64,000 bases of DNA from Escherichia coli (GTDB taxonomy: Bacteria; Pseudomonadota; Gammaproteobacteria; Enterobacterales; Enterobacteriaceae). The stretch lies in the NCBI RefSeq assembly GCF_024700885.2, contig NZ_CP117016.1. The stretch is one strand, 5' to 3'. Shown here one piece after another: positions 21,523-32,435 of this stretch. A program made the translations under genes and the position numbers. Below the pieces are notes generated by a model. That model did no database searches. It was not told the DNA's origin and saw only the letters and a program-made list of their open reading frames with translations. Every line of letters starts with the position of its first letter. Positions within the stretch are counted from its first letter, which is position 1.

Positions 21523-22377
21523 ATGGGAAATGGATGGCATGAATGGCCACTGGTTATCTTTACCGTATTGGGTCAATGCGTAGTAGGCGCGCTGATTGTT
21601 AGCGGAATTGGCTGGTTCGCCGCCAAAAATGACGCAGACCGTCAGCACATTGTTCGTGGCATGTTTTTCCTCTGGCTGTTGATGGGCATCGGGTTTATTG
21701 CCTCTGTCATGCACCTGGGATCCCCACTGCGGGCGTTTAACTCGCTGAATCGAATCGGAGCTTCTGGTCTGAGTAACGAGATTGCTGCCGGTTCCATATT
21801 TTTTGCCGTTGGCGGATTATGGTGGCTGGTGGCAGTCATCGGTAAAATGCCGCAAGCGTTGGGGAAACTCTGGTTACTTGTCAGCATGGCGCTCGGCGTC
21901 ATTTTCGTCTGGATGATGACCTGCGTGTATCAAATCGACACAGTGCCAACCTGGTATAACGGTTACACTACGCTGGCTTTCTTCCTGACAGTATTGTTGA
22001 GCGGTCCAATACTTGCTGCCACAATTCTGCGGGCAGCCCGCGTTACATTTAATACCACACCCTTTGCCATCATTAGCGTTCTGGCGCTGATCGCTTGTGC
22101 CGGGGTGATTGTGCTGCAAGGTTTGTCTCTGGCGTCTATTCACTCATCCGTACAACAAGCCAGCGAGCTGGTACCAGATTACGCCTCCTTACAGGTCTGG
22201 CGTGTGGTATTGTTATGCGCAGGTCTAGGATGCTGGCTTTGTCCGCTCATTCGTCGCCGTGAACCTCACGTTGCCGGACTTGTTCTGGGGCTAATCCTCA
22301 TACTTGGCGGTGAGATGATCGGGCGTGTGCTCTTTTATGGCCTGCACATGACGGTAGGAATGGCTATTGCAGGTTAA
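21523..22377 (+). CDS. ynfH: Membrane anchor subunit YnfH (DmsC paralogue)
   Basis: ATG at 21523, 1 nt after the ynfG stop. MGNGWHEWPLVIF, 284 aa, multi-TM. The longer track ORF is rejected. Confidence 0.88.
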   Translation: MGNGWHEWPLVIFTVLGQCVVGALIVSGIGWFAAKNDADRQHIVRGMFFLWLLMGIGFIASVMHLGSPLRAFNSLNRIGASGLSNEIAAGSIFFAVGGLWWLVAVIGKMPQALGKLWLLVSMALGVIFVWMMTCVYQIDTVPTWYNGYTTLAFFLTVLLSGPILAATILRAARVTFNTTPFAIISVLALIACAGVIVLQGLSLASIHSSVQQASELVPDYASLQVWRVVLLCAGLGCWLCPLIRRREPHVAGLVLGLILILGGEMIGRVLFYGLHMTVGMAIAG

Positions 22378-22419
22378 CAAATTGGTGCGGGGCAACCCGC
22401 ACATTTCAGGATGTTAGGA

Positions 22420-23034
22420 ATGACCCATTTTTCACAGCAAGATAATTTTTCTGTTGCGGCGCGCGTGTTGGGCGCGCTGTTTTATTACGCTCCGGAGAGT
22501 GCGGAAGCCGCACCTCTGGTTGCGGTACTCACCAGTGACGGCTGGGAAACTCAGTGGCCTCTACCAGAAGCGTCATTAGCGCCGCTGGTGACGGCTTTTC
22601 AGGCACAGAGTGAAGAGACTCGCGCCCAGGCCTGGCAGCGTTTGTTTGTCGGCCCGTGGGCTCTGCCGTCTCCGCCGTGGGGGTCGGTCTGGCTGGATCG
22701 CGAATCTGTGCTGTTTGGCGATTCAACATTGGCACTTCGTCAATGGATGCGCGAGAAAGGCATTCAGTTCGAAATGCAGCAAAACGAACCGGAAGATCAT
22801 TTTGGTTCACTGCTGTTGATGGCTGCGTGGTTGGCGGAGAATGGTCGCCAGACAGAATGCGAAGAATTGCTGGCATGGCACCTTTTTCCGTGGTCAACAC
22901 GTTTTCTTGACGTTTTTATCGAAAAAGCAGAACACCCTTTCTACCGTGCACTGGGTGAACTGGCTCGCTTAACGCTGGCGCAATGGCAATCACAACTGTT
23001 AATTCCTGTCGCGGTTAAACCACTCTTTCGATAG
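22420..23034 (+). CDS. dmsD: Tat proofreading chaperone DmsD
   Basis: 204 aa from MTHFSQQDNFSVAARVLG. Confidence 0.9.
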   Translation: MTHFSQQDNFSVAARVLGALFYYAPESAEAAPLVAVLTSDGWETQWPLPEASLAPLVTAFQAQSEETRAQAWQRLFVGPWALPSPPWGSVWLDRESVLFGDSTLALRQWMREKGIQFEMQQNEPEDHFGSLLLMAAWLAENGRQTECEELLAWHLFPWSTRFLDVFIEKAEHPFYRALGELARLTLAQWQSQLLIPVAVKPLFR

Positions 23035-23228
23035 GATCACCGTAATATTGCCGGATGGTGACGATTACGCGCAATTCGGCAATAATAGGTTACAGTGTCA
23101 CGTTTTTTTGTCTCTTAAAGCACGCACTGCTTTTGCGGCTGGCCTCTTTTGCCGCAAAATAGTCGCCCGTGTTTCATTGCCCATTTCTGCTCATGCATCA
23201 TCTACACATCTATCCGGATCTGCGCACT

Positions 23229-24485
23229 ATGTTCCGCCGTCTGCTTATCGCAACAGTCGTCGGTATTCTTGCGGCCTTTGCCGTTGCCGGGTTTCGTCAT
23301 GCGATGCTGCTACTGGAGTGGCTGTTCCTCAATAATGACTCGGGCAGTCTGGTCAATGCAGCTACAAATCTTTCCCCGTGGCGACGGCTGCTAACTCCGG
23401 CGCTCGGCGGACTGGCGGCGGGTTTGTTGCTGATGGGCTGGCAGAAATTTACCCAGCAACGCCCTCATGCGCCGACCGATTACATGGAAGCGTTGCAAAC
23501 CGATGGGCAGTTTGATTACGCAGCAAGCCTGGTTAAATCCCTTGCCTCTCTGCTGGTAGTAACCAGCGGCAGTGCAATTGGTCGCGAAGGTGCGATGATT
23601 CTTTTAGCTGCCCTTGCCGCCTCCTGTTTTGCCCAACGTTTTACGCCTCGCCAGGAGTGGAAATTATGGATCGCCTGTGGAGCTGCGGCGGGAATGGCTG
23701 CGGCCTATCGCGCCCCGCTTGCTGGCAGTTTATTTATAGCCGAAGTGCTGTTTGGCACTATGATGTTGGCCTCTCTCGGCCCGGTGATTATTTCCGCTGT
23801 CGTGGCGTTGCTGGTTAGCAATCTTATTAATCATAGCGACGCGTTACTCTACAGCGTACAACTCTCAGTGACGGTTCAGGCTCGTGACTATGCGCTGATT
23901 ATCAGTACAGGTGTGCTGGCAGGTCTGTGCGGACCACTGTTGTTAACGTTAATGAACGCCTGTCATCGTGGATTTGTAAGTCTCAAACTTGCGCCGCCCT
24001 GGCAACTGGCACTGGGCGGGTTGATCGTGGGTCTGCTTTCCCTGTTCACACCTGCAGTGTGGGGCAACGGCTATAGCACCGTACAATCCTTTTTAACCGC
24101 CCCGCCACTGTTAATGATCATTGCCGGGATCTTCCTCTGTAAACTGTTTGCCGTGCTGGCGAGTAGTGGTTCTGGCGCGCCCGGTGGTGTCTTTACACCG
24201 ACGCTATTTATCGGTCTTGCCATTGGCATGTTGTATGGTCGTAGCCTGGGATTATGGTTCCCTGATGGCGAAGAAATGACGCTTTTACTCGGATTGACCG
24301 GGATGGCGACACTGTTGGCGGCAACCACGCACGCGCCGATTATGTCGACGTTGATGATATGTGAAATGACCGGGGAGTATCAGCTACTCCCCGGTTTATT
24401 GATTGCCTGCGTAATTGCGTCGGTAATTTCGCGGACGTTACACCGTGACTCTATCTACCGCCAGCACACTGCGCAGCATAGCTAA
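23229..24485 (+). CDS. clcB: ClC-type voltage-gated chloride channel ClcB
   Basis: 418 aa from [12 protein letters not shown], with the GREG and GxFxP ClC motifs. Confidence 0.9.
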   Translation: MFRRLLIATVVGILAAFAVAGFRHAMLLLEWLFLNNDSGSLVNAATNLSPWRRLLTPALGGLAAGLLLMGWQKFTQQRPHAPTDYMEALQTDGQFDYAASLVKSLASLLVVTSGSAIGREGAMILLAALAASCFAQRFTPRQEWKLWIACGAAAGMAAAYRAPLAGSLFIAEVLFGTMMLASLGPVIISAVVALLVSNLINHSDALLYSVQLSVTVQARDYALIISTGVLAGLCGPLLLTLMNACHRGFVSLKLAPPWQLALGGLIVGLLSLFTPAVWGNGYSTVQSFLTAPPLLMIIAGIFLCKLFAVLASSGSGAPGGVFTPTLFIGLAIGMLYGRSLGLWFPDGEEMTLLLGLTGMATLLAATTHAPIMSTLMICEMTGEYQLLPGLLIACVIASVISRTLHRDSIYRQHTAQHS

Positions 24486-25133
24486 GCGGATGTATTGCCC
24501 CAGTTCACGCTGTTCGGCGCGCGGCAGATAAGGCAGTTCACCAATGAGCGGTGCCGGAAGTTTTTTACCCAGCACATCAATGATTTCCGCATAATGCGCC
24601 AGTCCTGGATTGATTCGGTTAGCCACCCAGCCAATGAGCGGCAGCCCGTCGTTGGCAATCGCCTGAGCTGTTAGTAGTGCATGGTTAATGCAACCTTCCT
24701 GAATACCGACAACCATCAATACCGGCAGTTGTTCCTGCACCACCCATTCAGAGAGCGGACGCAAATCATTCATCAGACTGCGCCAGCCGCCAGTCCCTTC
24801 TACCACCACATGATCGACTTTATCGGTCAGGTTTGCCAGGCCGTTTGAAATGAGGGTGTAATTGATTGGGCAACTGTGCGCCACGCTACTTTCTTCTTCG
24901 CTTAACGCGATAGGATTAACTGCTTCATAAGGCAGTTCGATGGTTGAAACACTCTGCAACACCAGGGCATCTTTATTACGCAGCCCTTCGGGTGTCTCTT
25001 TGCTCCCCTTCGCTACGGGTTTATATCCCGCAACCGTTTTTCCCTGGGAGGCTAACGCTTGTAGCAATGCGCGGGAAACCACCGTTTTCCCTACAGAAGT
25101 GTCTGTACCGGTAATAAAGAAACGCTTCAGCAT
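24438..25133 (-). CDS. bioD2: Dethiobiotin synthetase paralogue BioD2 (YnfK)
   Basis: 231 aa from [17 protein letters not shown] (P-loop). Its 3' end overlaps the clcB 3' end by 48 bp. Confidence 0.88.
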   Translation of the reverse strand: MLKRFFITGTDTSVGKTVVSRALLQALASQGKTVAGYKPVAKGSKETPEGLRNKDALVLQSVSTIELPYEAVNPIALSEEESSVAHSCPINYTLISNGLANLTDKVDHVVVEGTGGWRSLMNDLRPLSEWVVQEQLPVLMVVGIQEGCINHALLTAQAIANDGLPLIGWVANRINPGLAHYAEIIDVLGKKLPAPLIGELPYLPRAEQRELGQYIRLAMLRSVLAVDRVTV

Positions 25134-25257
25134 CACTAACTCCACCGTTATGCTTCACAAATATAAACCAGGAAAATAATTAACCTTGAAAGTCTAAGTT
25201 ATGCTTTCCTGGCCCAAATTGAGATAGCGCAAATTTTGGTAGAACAGTTAAAAAATG

Positions 25258-26478
25258 TTAACCCTGCAACAGACGAATCAACAAAGAACCGTTATACATC
25301 GCGTCTTTTACCAGCGCAGCCCCTGCCATCGTGCCCTGGTTAGAAAACTGAGTACTCTCAACGCTAATGTGCTGACTATACGCAGGAAGGGCCTGCTGAC
25401 GGATGCTATCTGAGATGACCGGGAAGAGGATATCTGCCGCTTTACTTAACGGTGAGCCAATCAGTATTTTTTGTGGGTTAAATAAATTCACCATGATGGC
25501 AAGAATGCGCCCTACATGCGCGCCCACCCCGGTAATGATGTCTTTTGCCAGCAGATCGCCGCGCAATGCCGCCTGACACAATGAGTCCACGGTTAACGGC
25601 TGTCCATGTAACATCGAGCTCATGGATTGATTGAGACGCAGCTGTGCCAGCTCAAGAATACTGTCCACACTGGCGATGGTTTCGAGGCAACCGTGATTCC
25701 CGCAATAACAGCGTTTCCCATACGGGTCGACCTGTGTGTGGCCTATTTCCACGAGGCTACTGCTGCCTGCGTGTAGCAGATGACCATCGGTAATGACGCC
25801 CGCCCCCACGTTGTGATCGATAACCACCTGAATCACATCGCGCGCCCCGCGTGAGGCACCAAACAAGGCCTCTGCCATCGTCCATGCGCTGATATCATGC
25901 TGAATATAAACCGGTACGCCGGTATGCTGCTCCAGCGCCTCGCCGAGCGGCATCTCTTTTACATCCTCGTAGAACGGCATGCGATGTACGATGCCATTTT
26001 CCGTATCAATAATTCCCGGCAAGGTTATGGCAATCGAAGTTAGACGCTCAAGTTTTTTCTGGTGGCGGATAAAAAACTGATCGATATGGGAAATGATACG
26101 ATCCAGCAATGGTGAGTCATCTTTTAACGCCAGTTCCTGCGCCTCCTCCACCACCAGTTTGCTGCTCAGATCGCGCAGAGCAAGGAAAATCTCCCCGCGA
26201 CTAATGCGCAGAGAAAGATAGTGCCAGGCTTCAGTTTCAACCACCAGCCCCACCGCCGGACGGCCACGGTTCCCCGCTTCTTTGATTTCCAGCTCTTGCA
26301 CCAGGTGTGCTTCGAGCATCTCACGGACAATTTTGGTGATACTGGCAGGAGCCAGTTGCGCCAGACGGGAAAGATCGATACGCGAGACTGGACCAAGCTG
26401 ATCAATCAGGCGATAAACCGCGCCCGCGTTGGTCTGCTTTATTTGATCAATGTGTCCAGGCTGGTTTTCAGCAACCAC
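25258..26478 (-). CDS. mlc: ROK-family global regulator Mlc (DgsA)
   Basis: 406 aa with a GTG start (MVAENQPGHIDQIK) and ROK Cys/His motifs. Confidence 0.92.
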   Translation of the reverse strand: MVAENQPGHIDQIKQTNAGAVYRLIDQLGPVSRIDLSRLAQLAPASITKIVREMLEAHLVQELEIKEAGNRGRPAVGLVVETEAWHYLSLRISRGEIFLALRDLSSKLVVEEAQELALKDDSPLLDRIISHIDQFFIRHQKKLERLTSIAITLPGIIDTENGIVHRMPFYEDVKEMPLGEALEQHTGVPVYIQHDISAWTMAEALFGASRGARDVIQVVIDHNVGAGVITDGHLLHAGSSSLVEIGHTQVDPYGKRCYCGNHGCLETIASVDSILELAQLRLNQSMSSMLHGQPLTVDSLCQAALRGDLLAKDIITGVGAHVGRILAIMVNLFNPQKILIGSPLSKAADILFPVISDSIRQQALPAYSQHISVESTQFSNQGTMAGAALVKDAMYNGSLLIRLLQG

Positions 26479-26612
26479 CGCATACTCCCTATATTTTCGC
26501 GCTCCGAAATAATCTGTAGGCTATGGTGAAGCACTTCAATACGTGTCGTCAAATTTTTACTTAGGCATGTGATTAACAGCACATTTTTCGGGCTTTTTCG
26601 CTGAAATTTCCC

Positions 26613-27506
26613 TCACCTGAGAGCATTCAGCAGATGAATACGAAAGTTACGCGCAGCCGGACTTTGTTCATGATGTTTCGGCCAGACCAACCACATTTCA
26701 GAAACCGCATCCTCTTCAGCAATCGGCACCCAGCGCATTTCGTTGAGCTGAACACGTTTAAATGACGCAGGCAAAATTGAAACACCCAGACCGGCGGAAA
26801 CCAGACCGATGATGGTCATTGCCTCACCCACCTCCTGAGTGATGACGGGCGTCAAATGGTAACGTCGCATCAGCCCGAGAATATCGTCATACAGCCCTGT
26901 CCCGACGTGCGGATCAAAAAAGACAAAGGGTTCTTTCGCCAGTTCAGCCAGCGTTACACTCGGGTTATTTGCCAGGGGATGATCGTGCGGGATCATCGCC
27001 ATAAGCGGTTCATGGACGATGACTGCGTGTTCAAGCGTCTCCGGTAACGCTGTGTTACGCAGCAATCCCATATCCAGCGTTCCTTCAATGAGCGGAGCGA
27101 TTTGCTCGCGAGTGTTCATTTCGCGGGTTTGTAAATGGACATCGGGATAATCACGGCGAAACAGCGATAACGTATCGGACACTGCCCGAATAAAAGGAGC
27201 GGACGAAGTAAAACCAATGCGCAACTCCCCCGCTTCGCCCTGATGCAGCCTTTCAGCGCGAGCGGCAGCATCATCCACCATAGACAAGATTTGCCGACTA
27301 TCTACAAGAAACTGTTTTCCTGCTGCCGTCAGCAATACACTGCGATTGGTCCGTGCCAGCAGTCGGGCACCAATTTGTTGCTCCAGCGCCTGAATCTGCT
27401 GACTTAGCGGCGGTTGCGAAATATTCAGGCGGGCAGCGGCGCGCCCGAAATGCAGCTCTTCTGCAACAGCAACAAAGTAACGCAGATGACGAAGTTCAAT
27501 ATTCAT
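26613..27506 (-). CDS. ynfL: LysR-family regulator YnfL
   Basis: 297 aa with an N-terminal LysR HTH (MNIELRHLRYFVAVAEELHFGRAA). It is divergent from ynfM. Confidence 0.88.
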   Translation of the reverse strand: MNIELRHLRYFVAVAEELHFGRAAARLNISQPPLSQQIQALEQQIGARLLARTNRSVLLTAAGKQFLVDSRQILSMVDDAAARAERLHQGEAGELRIGFTSSAPFIRAVSDTLSLFRRDYPDVHLQTREMNTREQIAPLIEGTLDMGLLRNTALPETLEHAVIVHEPLMAMIPHDHPLANNPSVTLAELAKEPFVFFDPHVGTGLYDDILGLMRRYHLTPVITQEVGEAMTIIGLVSAGLGVSILPASFKRVQLNEMRWVPIAEEDAVSEMWLVWPKHHEQSPAARNFRIHLLNALR

Positions 27507-27612
27507 ATTTAAAACATCTTATTTGAGATTATTAATATATTAGACAGAACAATTCGATTTTCCTAATCTATTCATAAGCCTGATCCACAGGCATATTTAG
27601 CAAGGATTTCAA

Positions 27613-28866
27613 GTGAGCCGTACTACAACTGTTGATGGCGCTCCGGCAAGCGACACTGACAAGCAAAGCATTTCTCAGCCAAATCAATTTATTAAACGCG
27701 GTACGCCGCAATTTATGCGCGTCACCCTGGCGCTGTTCTCTGCCGGACTGGCAACCTTCGCACTTCTCTATTGTGTGCAACCTATCCTTCCGGTGCTTTC
27801 GCAGGAGTTTGGCTTAACGCCCGCGAACAGTAGTATTTCACTGTCCATTTCCACGGCGATGTTGGCTATCGGTTTGCTGTTTACTGGCCCGTTATCCGAT
27901 GCCATTGGTCGCAAACCAGTGATGGTAACGGCGCTACTGTTGGCCTCCATTTGTACGTTACTTTCGACAATGATGACCAGCTGGCACGGCATTTTGATTA
28001 TGCGCGCCTTGATTGGGCTTTCGTTAAGTGGCGTAGCAGCTGTCGGCATGACTTATCTTAGCGAGGAAATCCACCCCAGTTTCGTGGCCTTTTCTATGGG
28101 GTTGTATATCAGCGGCAACTCTATTGGCGGCATGAGCGGACGCTTAATTAGCGGTGTCTTCACGGACTTTTTCAACTGGCGAATTGCGCTGGCGGCAATC
28201 GGTTGTTTCGCGCTGGCCTCGGCGTTAATGTTCTGGAAAATCCTCCCGGAATCACGCCATTTTCGTCCGACTTCGCTGCGACCTAAGACGTTGTTTATCA
28301 ACTTTCGTCTGCACTGGCGTGACCGGGGATTACCGTTATTGTTCGCAGAAGGCTTTTTGCTGATGGGGTCGTTCGTCACGCTGTTTAATTACATCGGCTA
28401 TCGGTTGATGCTTTCCCCCTGGCATGTCAGTCAGGCCGTGGTTGGCTTATTATCGCTGGCTTATTTGACCGGTACATGGAGCTCACCCAAAGCCGGAACC
28501 ATGACCACCCGCTATGGGCGCGGTCCGGTGATGTTGTTTTCGACGGGGGTTATGCTGTTTGGTTTACTGATGACCTTATTTAGCTCGCTGTGGCTGATCT
28601 TTGCCGGAATGTTACTCTTCTCAGCCGGATTCTTCGCAGCCCACTCAGTAGCCAGCAGCTGGATCGGCCCCCGCGCAAAACGCGCTAAAGGCCAGGCCTC
28701 CTCGCTGTATCTGTTCAGTTACTATCTGGGGTCGAGTATTGCCGGGACGCTGGGTGGTGTTTTCTGGCATAACTATGGCTGGAACGGCGTCGGCGCATTT
28801 ATTGCTCTGATGCTGGTCATTGCTCTGCTGGTCGGGACGAGTTTGCATCGTCGTCTGCACGCCTGA
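27613..28866 (+). CDS. ynfM: MFS transporter YnfM
   Basis: 417 aa with a GTG start and 12-TM-like profile. Confidence 0.88.
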   Translation: MSRTTTVDGAPASDTDKQSISQPNQFIKRGTPQFMRVTLALFSAGLATFALLYCVQPILPVLSQEFGLTPANSSISLSISTAMLAIGLLFTGPLSDAIGRKPVMVTALLLASICTLLSTMMTSWHGILIMRALIGLSLSGVAAVGMTYLSEEIHPSFVAFSMGLYISGNSIGGMSGRLISGVFTDFFNWRIALAAIGCFALASALMFWKILPESRHFRPTSLRPKTLFINFRLHWRDRGLPLLFAEGFLLMGSFVTLFNYIGYRLMLSPWHVSQAVVGLLSLAYLTGTWSSPKAGTMTTRYGRGPVMLFSTGVMLFGLLMTLFSSLWLIFAGMLLFSAGFFAAHSVASSWIGPRAKRAKGQASSLYLFSYYLGSSIAGTLGGVFWHNYGWNGVGAFIALMLVIALLVGTSLHRRLHA

Positions 28867-29289
28867 AAAATAAGTCCGGACTGCGGTAAATACCCATCCG
28901 GACTTATTGCCTGCTCAAACCAACGTTAATAGCCATCCTAAAATAGACGAAGCGCCAGCCAATTCCCGCAGCGCATCTAGCGTCATCAGGACTATAAGTA
29001 CCCAAATAAACGGATTCATTTTGCTGTGTGTCATTTATTACTGATGCGCAGTTATTCTACCGCTTTGTAAGTAGTAAAATAGTTAACCTGATCAAGACTA
29101 CTATTATTGGTAGCTAAATTTCCCTTAAGTCACAATACGTTATTATCAACGCTGTAATTTATTCAGCGTTTGTACATATCGTTACACGCTGAAACCAACC
29201 ACTCACGGAAGTCTGCCATTCCCAGGGATATAGTTATTTCAACGGCCCCGCAGTGGGGTTAAATGAAAAAACAAATTGAGGGTATGACA

Positions 29290-29598
29290 ATGAAAAAAGT
29301 ATTAGCTCTGGTTGTTGCCGCTGCTATGGGTCTGTCTTCTGCCGCCTTTGCTGCAGAGACTGCGACCACACCTGCTCCGACTGCGACGACCACCAAAGCA
29401 GCGCCGGCGAAAACCACACATCATAAAAAACAGCATAAAGCAGCACCTGCCCAGAAAGCGCAGGCGGCTAAAAAGCATCATAAGAATGCGAAAACTGAAC
29501 AGAAAGCCCCTGAACAAAAAGCGCAGGCAGCGAAGAAACACGCCAAGAAACACAGCCATCAGCAACCGGAAAAACCTGCTGCACAACCCGCAGCGTAA
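29290..29598 (+). CDS. asr: Acid shock protein Asr
   Basis: 102 aa from [21 protein letters not shown], followed by a Lys/Ala/His/Gln-rich repetitive region. Confidence 0.9.
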   Translation: MKKVLALVVAAAMGLSSAAFAAETATTPAPTATTTKAAPAKTTHHKKQHKAAPAQKAQAAKKHHKNAKTEQKAPEQKAQAAKKHAKKHSHQQPEKPAAQPAA

Positions 29599-29690
29599 GT
29601 TTTCAACAGTAATACTGGCGCGCCCCCTCGCGCCTGAAAATTACGGTGCTAAGCGGGTAACGTTTAGCACCGCCTTTAGCGGAGGGTAGT

Positions 29691-29774
29691 ATGGTGGGCC
29701 GTTATCGCTTTGAGTTCATTCTTATCATCCTTATTTTATGCGCACTGATTGCCACCCGTTTTTATCTTTCCTGA
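29691..29774 (+). CDS. ydgU: Small membrane protein YdgU (27 aa)
   Basis: Hand-translated as MVGRYRFEFILIILILCALIATRFYLS*, with SD ggaggg upstream. Confidence 0.7.
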   Translation: MVGRYRFEFILIILILCALIATRFYLS

Positions 29775-29873
29775 TCGTAGTTATCTGATTTTACTCCCAC
29801 TTTCATCCCGTCCCGTCTATAGTATTTATGAGGGTTTGCTTTTAATAATCATAATTACCCACCAGAGTGTGAT

Positions 29874-30695
29874 ATGCGTACAACCATTGCTGTAGTGTTG
29901 GGTGCAATTAGTTTGACGTCTGCTTTTGTGTTTGCAGATAAACCAGACGTTGCCAAATCGGCAAACGATGAGGTCAGCACCCTGTTTTTTGGTCATGATG
30001 ATCGTGTGCCAGTGAATGACACGACCCAATCACCGTGGGATGCGGTTGGCCAACTGGAAACGGCCAGCGGCAATTTATGTACGGCGACGCTGATTGCACC
30101 CAATCTGGCATTAACGGCAGGACACTGTTTATTGACGCCGCCAAAGGGTAAAGCCGATAAAGCGGTAGCGCTGCGTTTCGTGTCAAATAAAGGTCTTTGG
30201 CGCTATGAGATCCACGACATAGAAGGCCGCGTTGATCCGACACTGGGAAAGCGGTTAAAAGCAGATGGGGATGGTTGGATTGTTCCTCCCGCAGCTGCAC
30301 CATGGGACTTCGGCTTGATTGTGCTGCGTAATCCCCCTTCTGGCATTACACCATTGCCGTTATTTGAGGGAGATAAAGCCGCGCTTACCGCCGCATTAAA
30401 AGCGGCAGGTCGTAAAGTGACTCAGGCGGGATACCCTGAAGATCATCTCGATACGTTGTACAGTCATCAAAACTGTGAAGTGACTGGCTGGGCGCAAACG
30501 TCGGTGATGTCGCATCAGTGCGATACCTTGCCGGGTGACAGCGGTTCGCCTCTGATGTTGCATACCGATGACGGCTGGCAATTAATTGGGGTGCAAAGTT
30601 CGGCTCCTGCCGCGAAAGATCGCTGGCGCGCCGATAACCGGGCCATTTCTGTTACCGGTTTTCGCGACAAGCTGGATCAACTGTCGCAAAAATAA
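29874..30695 (+). CDS. ydgD: Secreted trypsin-like serine peptidase YdgD
   Basis: 273 aa with a signal peptide, TAGHC (His) and GDSGSP (Ser) motifs. Confidence 0.9.
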   Translation: MRTTIAVVLGAISLTSAFVFADKPDVAKSANDEVSTLFFGHDDRVPVNDTTQSPWDAVGQLETASGNLCTATLIAPNLALTAGHCLLTPPKGKADKAVALRFVSNKGLWRYEIHDIEGRVDPTLGKRLKADGDGWIVPPAAAPWDFGLIVLRNPPSGITPLPLFEGDKAALTAALKAAGRKVTQAGYPEDHLDTLYSHQNCEVTGWAQTSVMSHQCDTLPGDSGSPLMLHTDDGWQLIGVQSSAPAAKDRWRADNRAISVTGFRDKLDQLSQK

Positions 30696-30733
30696 TGTTC
30701 AAACGCTGCCCGACAGCGCGGGCAGCGTGTTCA

Positions 30734-31063
30734 TCAGGCAAGTTTCACCATGATCATTCCAGCCAACAGCAAGACCAGGCCAATCCAGCCTTTACGATTT
30801 AACCGTTGACCAAACAAGATCCAACCTGCGGCTAACGTGGCGGCAATACCAAACCCGCCCCACAATGCATAAGCGACAGACAAGTCGATCCCTTTAACGG
30901 CCTGAGAAAGCGCACTAAAGGCAGCCAGCACCGCCGCCAGGGAGAGCAAGCCAAATATTTTGCGACGAAAGCCGTCAGAAAATTTCAAAAAGACGTTAGC
31001 AACGATTTCCAGCACGATTGCCAATGCCAGCCAGGCGGCGTGAACCCATTCAAACTGCGCCAT
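30734..31063 (-). CDS. mdtI: SMR spermidine exporter subunit MdtI
   Basis: 109 aa with 4 TM segments. It overlaps mdtJ. Confidence 0.92.
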
Positions 31064-31415
31064 GGTTCACCTCCAGTTCAGGTTTACGCGCTTTACGGGT
31101 ACCTGATTTGATCAATACAATCCCGGCCACCAGGGTGGTTAACCCGGCAATTTTCATCAGCGATAAACTTTCGTCGAATAACAAAACGCTAAACAAGGTA
31201 ATAAATAAAATACCGATACCTTCCCACAGCGCATAAGCTACGCCTAAGGCGATCTTTTTAACGGCGAAAGAGAGAAATATATACGACAGAGAAATCATCA
31301 CCAGCATTAAAATAAAGCCGCCATTTCCCTCACTGACGCTCGCCCATTTCATAGACAGCGTACCGGTAATTTCTGTAGCAATAGCCAGACCTAATAAAAT
31401 CCAATAAATATACAT
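31050..31415 (-). CDS. mdtJ: SMR spermidine exporter subunit MdtJ
   Basis: 121-aa SMR family protein. Confidence 0.92.
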
Positions 31416-31826
31416 TGTCCTTCTCCTGCAAGAGAATTATTTTAATTTTCGCTTAATTCAGCGAAACCAAAGTAAAGTGGTCAAGCCCCGCGCATAGCGC
31501 AAGCTTAAGCAGAAGAAAGGACTAAAGCGCGTTGCGCCAGTGCTGCTCACCTACGAGCAAGATAGTGGATGAGGTACGAAGATGGGTAAATGTAGAAAAT
31601 AACGTCCTGAACAAATTGTCCATAATATTACAATTATCCGCAGTGTTGCTTCTCGTCATCGCGGATGATAATTGTCCTCGGTAGTTGAACACGCCTGATT
31701 TGTATCATAGCTTAAGAATTAACTCAAAATATTTTCACTTCTTTACCTGAGCGGTTTGATTTTCGTTATGATGACGGAGCGAAAAAGACATTATTATTAG
31801 CCAAGGAAGAAAAAACGGGGACAAGC

Positions 31827-31991
31827 ATGGCAAAGCCGATCATCACGCTCAATGGCCTAAAAATCGTCATTATGTTGGGAATGCTGGTCATTATTCTCTG
31901 CGGTATCCGTTTTGCCGCCGAGATCATCGTGCCGTTTATTCTCGCATTATTTATTGCTGTTATATATAACTTATTTCGCATAACACATTGA
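31827..31991 (+). pseudogene. tqsA: tqsA (AI-2 exporter) 5' fragment, truncated by island insertion
   Basis: [45 protein letters not shown] runs into island DNA (IYNLFRITH*). The continuation [11 protein letters not shown] resumes at 47227. Confidence 0.9.
31955..31963. repeat. att core copy (integrase-distal junction; I call it attL by window position)
   Basis: TGCTGTTAT, identical to 47218..47226. Confidence 0.85.
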
Positions 31992-32037
31992 TTTAATTAA
32001 ATAATTAACACCGCAAAAAGTGCCAAAAATCGCAAAA

Positions 32038-32060
32038 TGACTACACCAGTGACTACACCG
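32038..32060 (+). repeat. 23-bp arm repeat TGACTACACCAGTGACTACACCG (left arm)
   Basis: A perfect copy lies at 47068..47090 in the same orientation. It is internally a tandem GACTACACC x2. Similarity continues for about 10 more bp (TCG[G/T]TGCAC). Confidence 0.85.
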
Positions 32061-32077
32061 TTCGGTGCACTGTATGA

Positions 32078-32102
32078 AACAACGTGGAACAAATAGACAC
32101 AA
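32078..32102 (+). repeat. 10-bp-phased (A/C)ACAA array, left arm (3 units)
   Basis: AACAA at 32078 and 32088, CACAA at 32098. Confidence 0.7.
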
Positions 32103-32415
32103 GAAATATACAGGCGGATCATCTTTCCAGGGGGAAGCACACCAATTCATGAGGGGCGTTAATGTCGATATGGGGATCCCCACCTACCGGAATTTTTTTC
32201 CGGTTAAACGTTAATCAGGCTGGTGGGCTTTACCTGTTCGGTAGGTGTTATGATTATCGTAATACCTTTCCCCCAATGGGGTAAAAGCATCAACCGTAAC
32301 GAAAGTCGTTATGGTTGCCACTGATACCCCAAATTTGGGTATCACGAGTAAGCCCCAAAATCTGGGTGTTACTCTTACTACCCAAACTACGGGTAGTTTC
32401 CGTAGTTTCATGGTC

Positions 32416-32435
32416 GAGTTGCAGATCTGCAACTC
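32416..32435. repeat. Perfect 20-bp palindrome GAGTTGCAGATCTGCAACTC
   Basis: Read directly from the sequence. It lies in a non-coding 0.7-kb island end, next to three CCCAAA..GGGT dyads (about 32324-32396) and a tandem GTAGTTTC x2. Confidence 0.8.

Noticed and set aside
29302-29689. Two alternative-frame ORFs (94 aa minus, 125 aa plus) across asr
   Set aside because: They are products of the repetitive Lys/Ala/Gln-coding DNA of asr. The asr frame has a signal peptide and matches the known protein.
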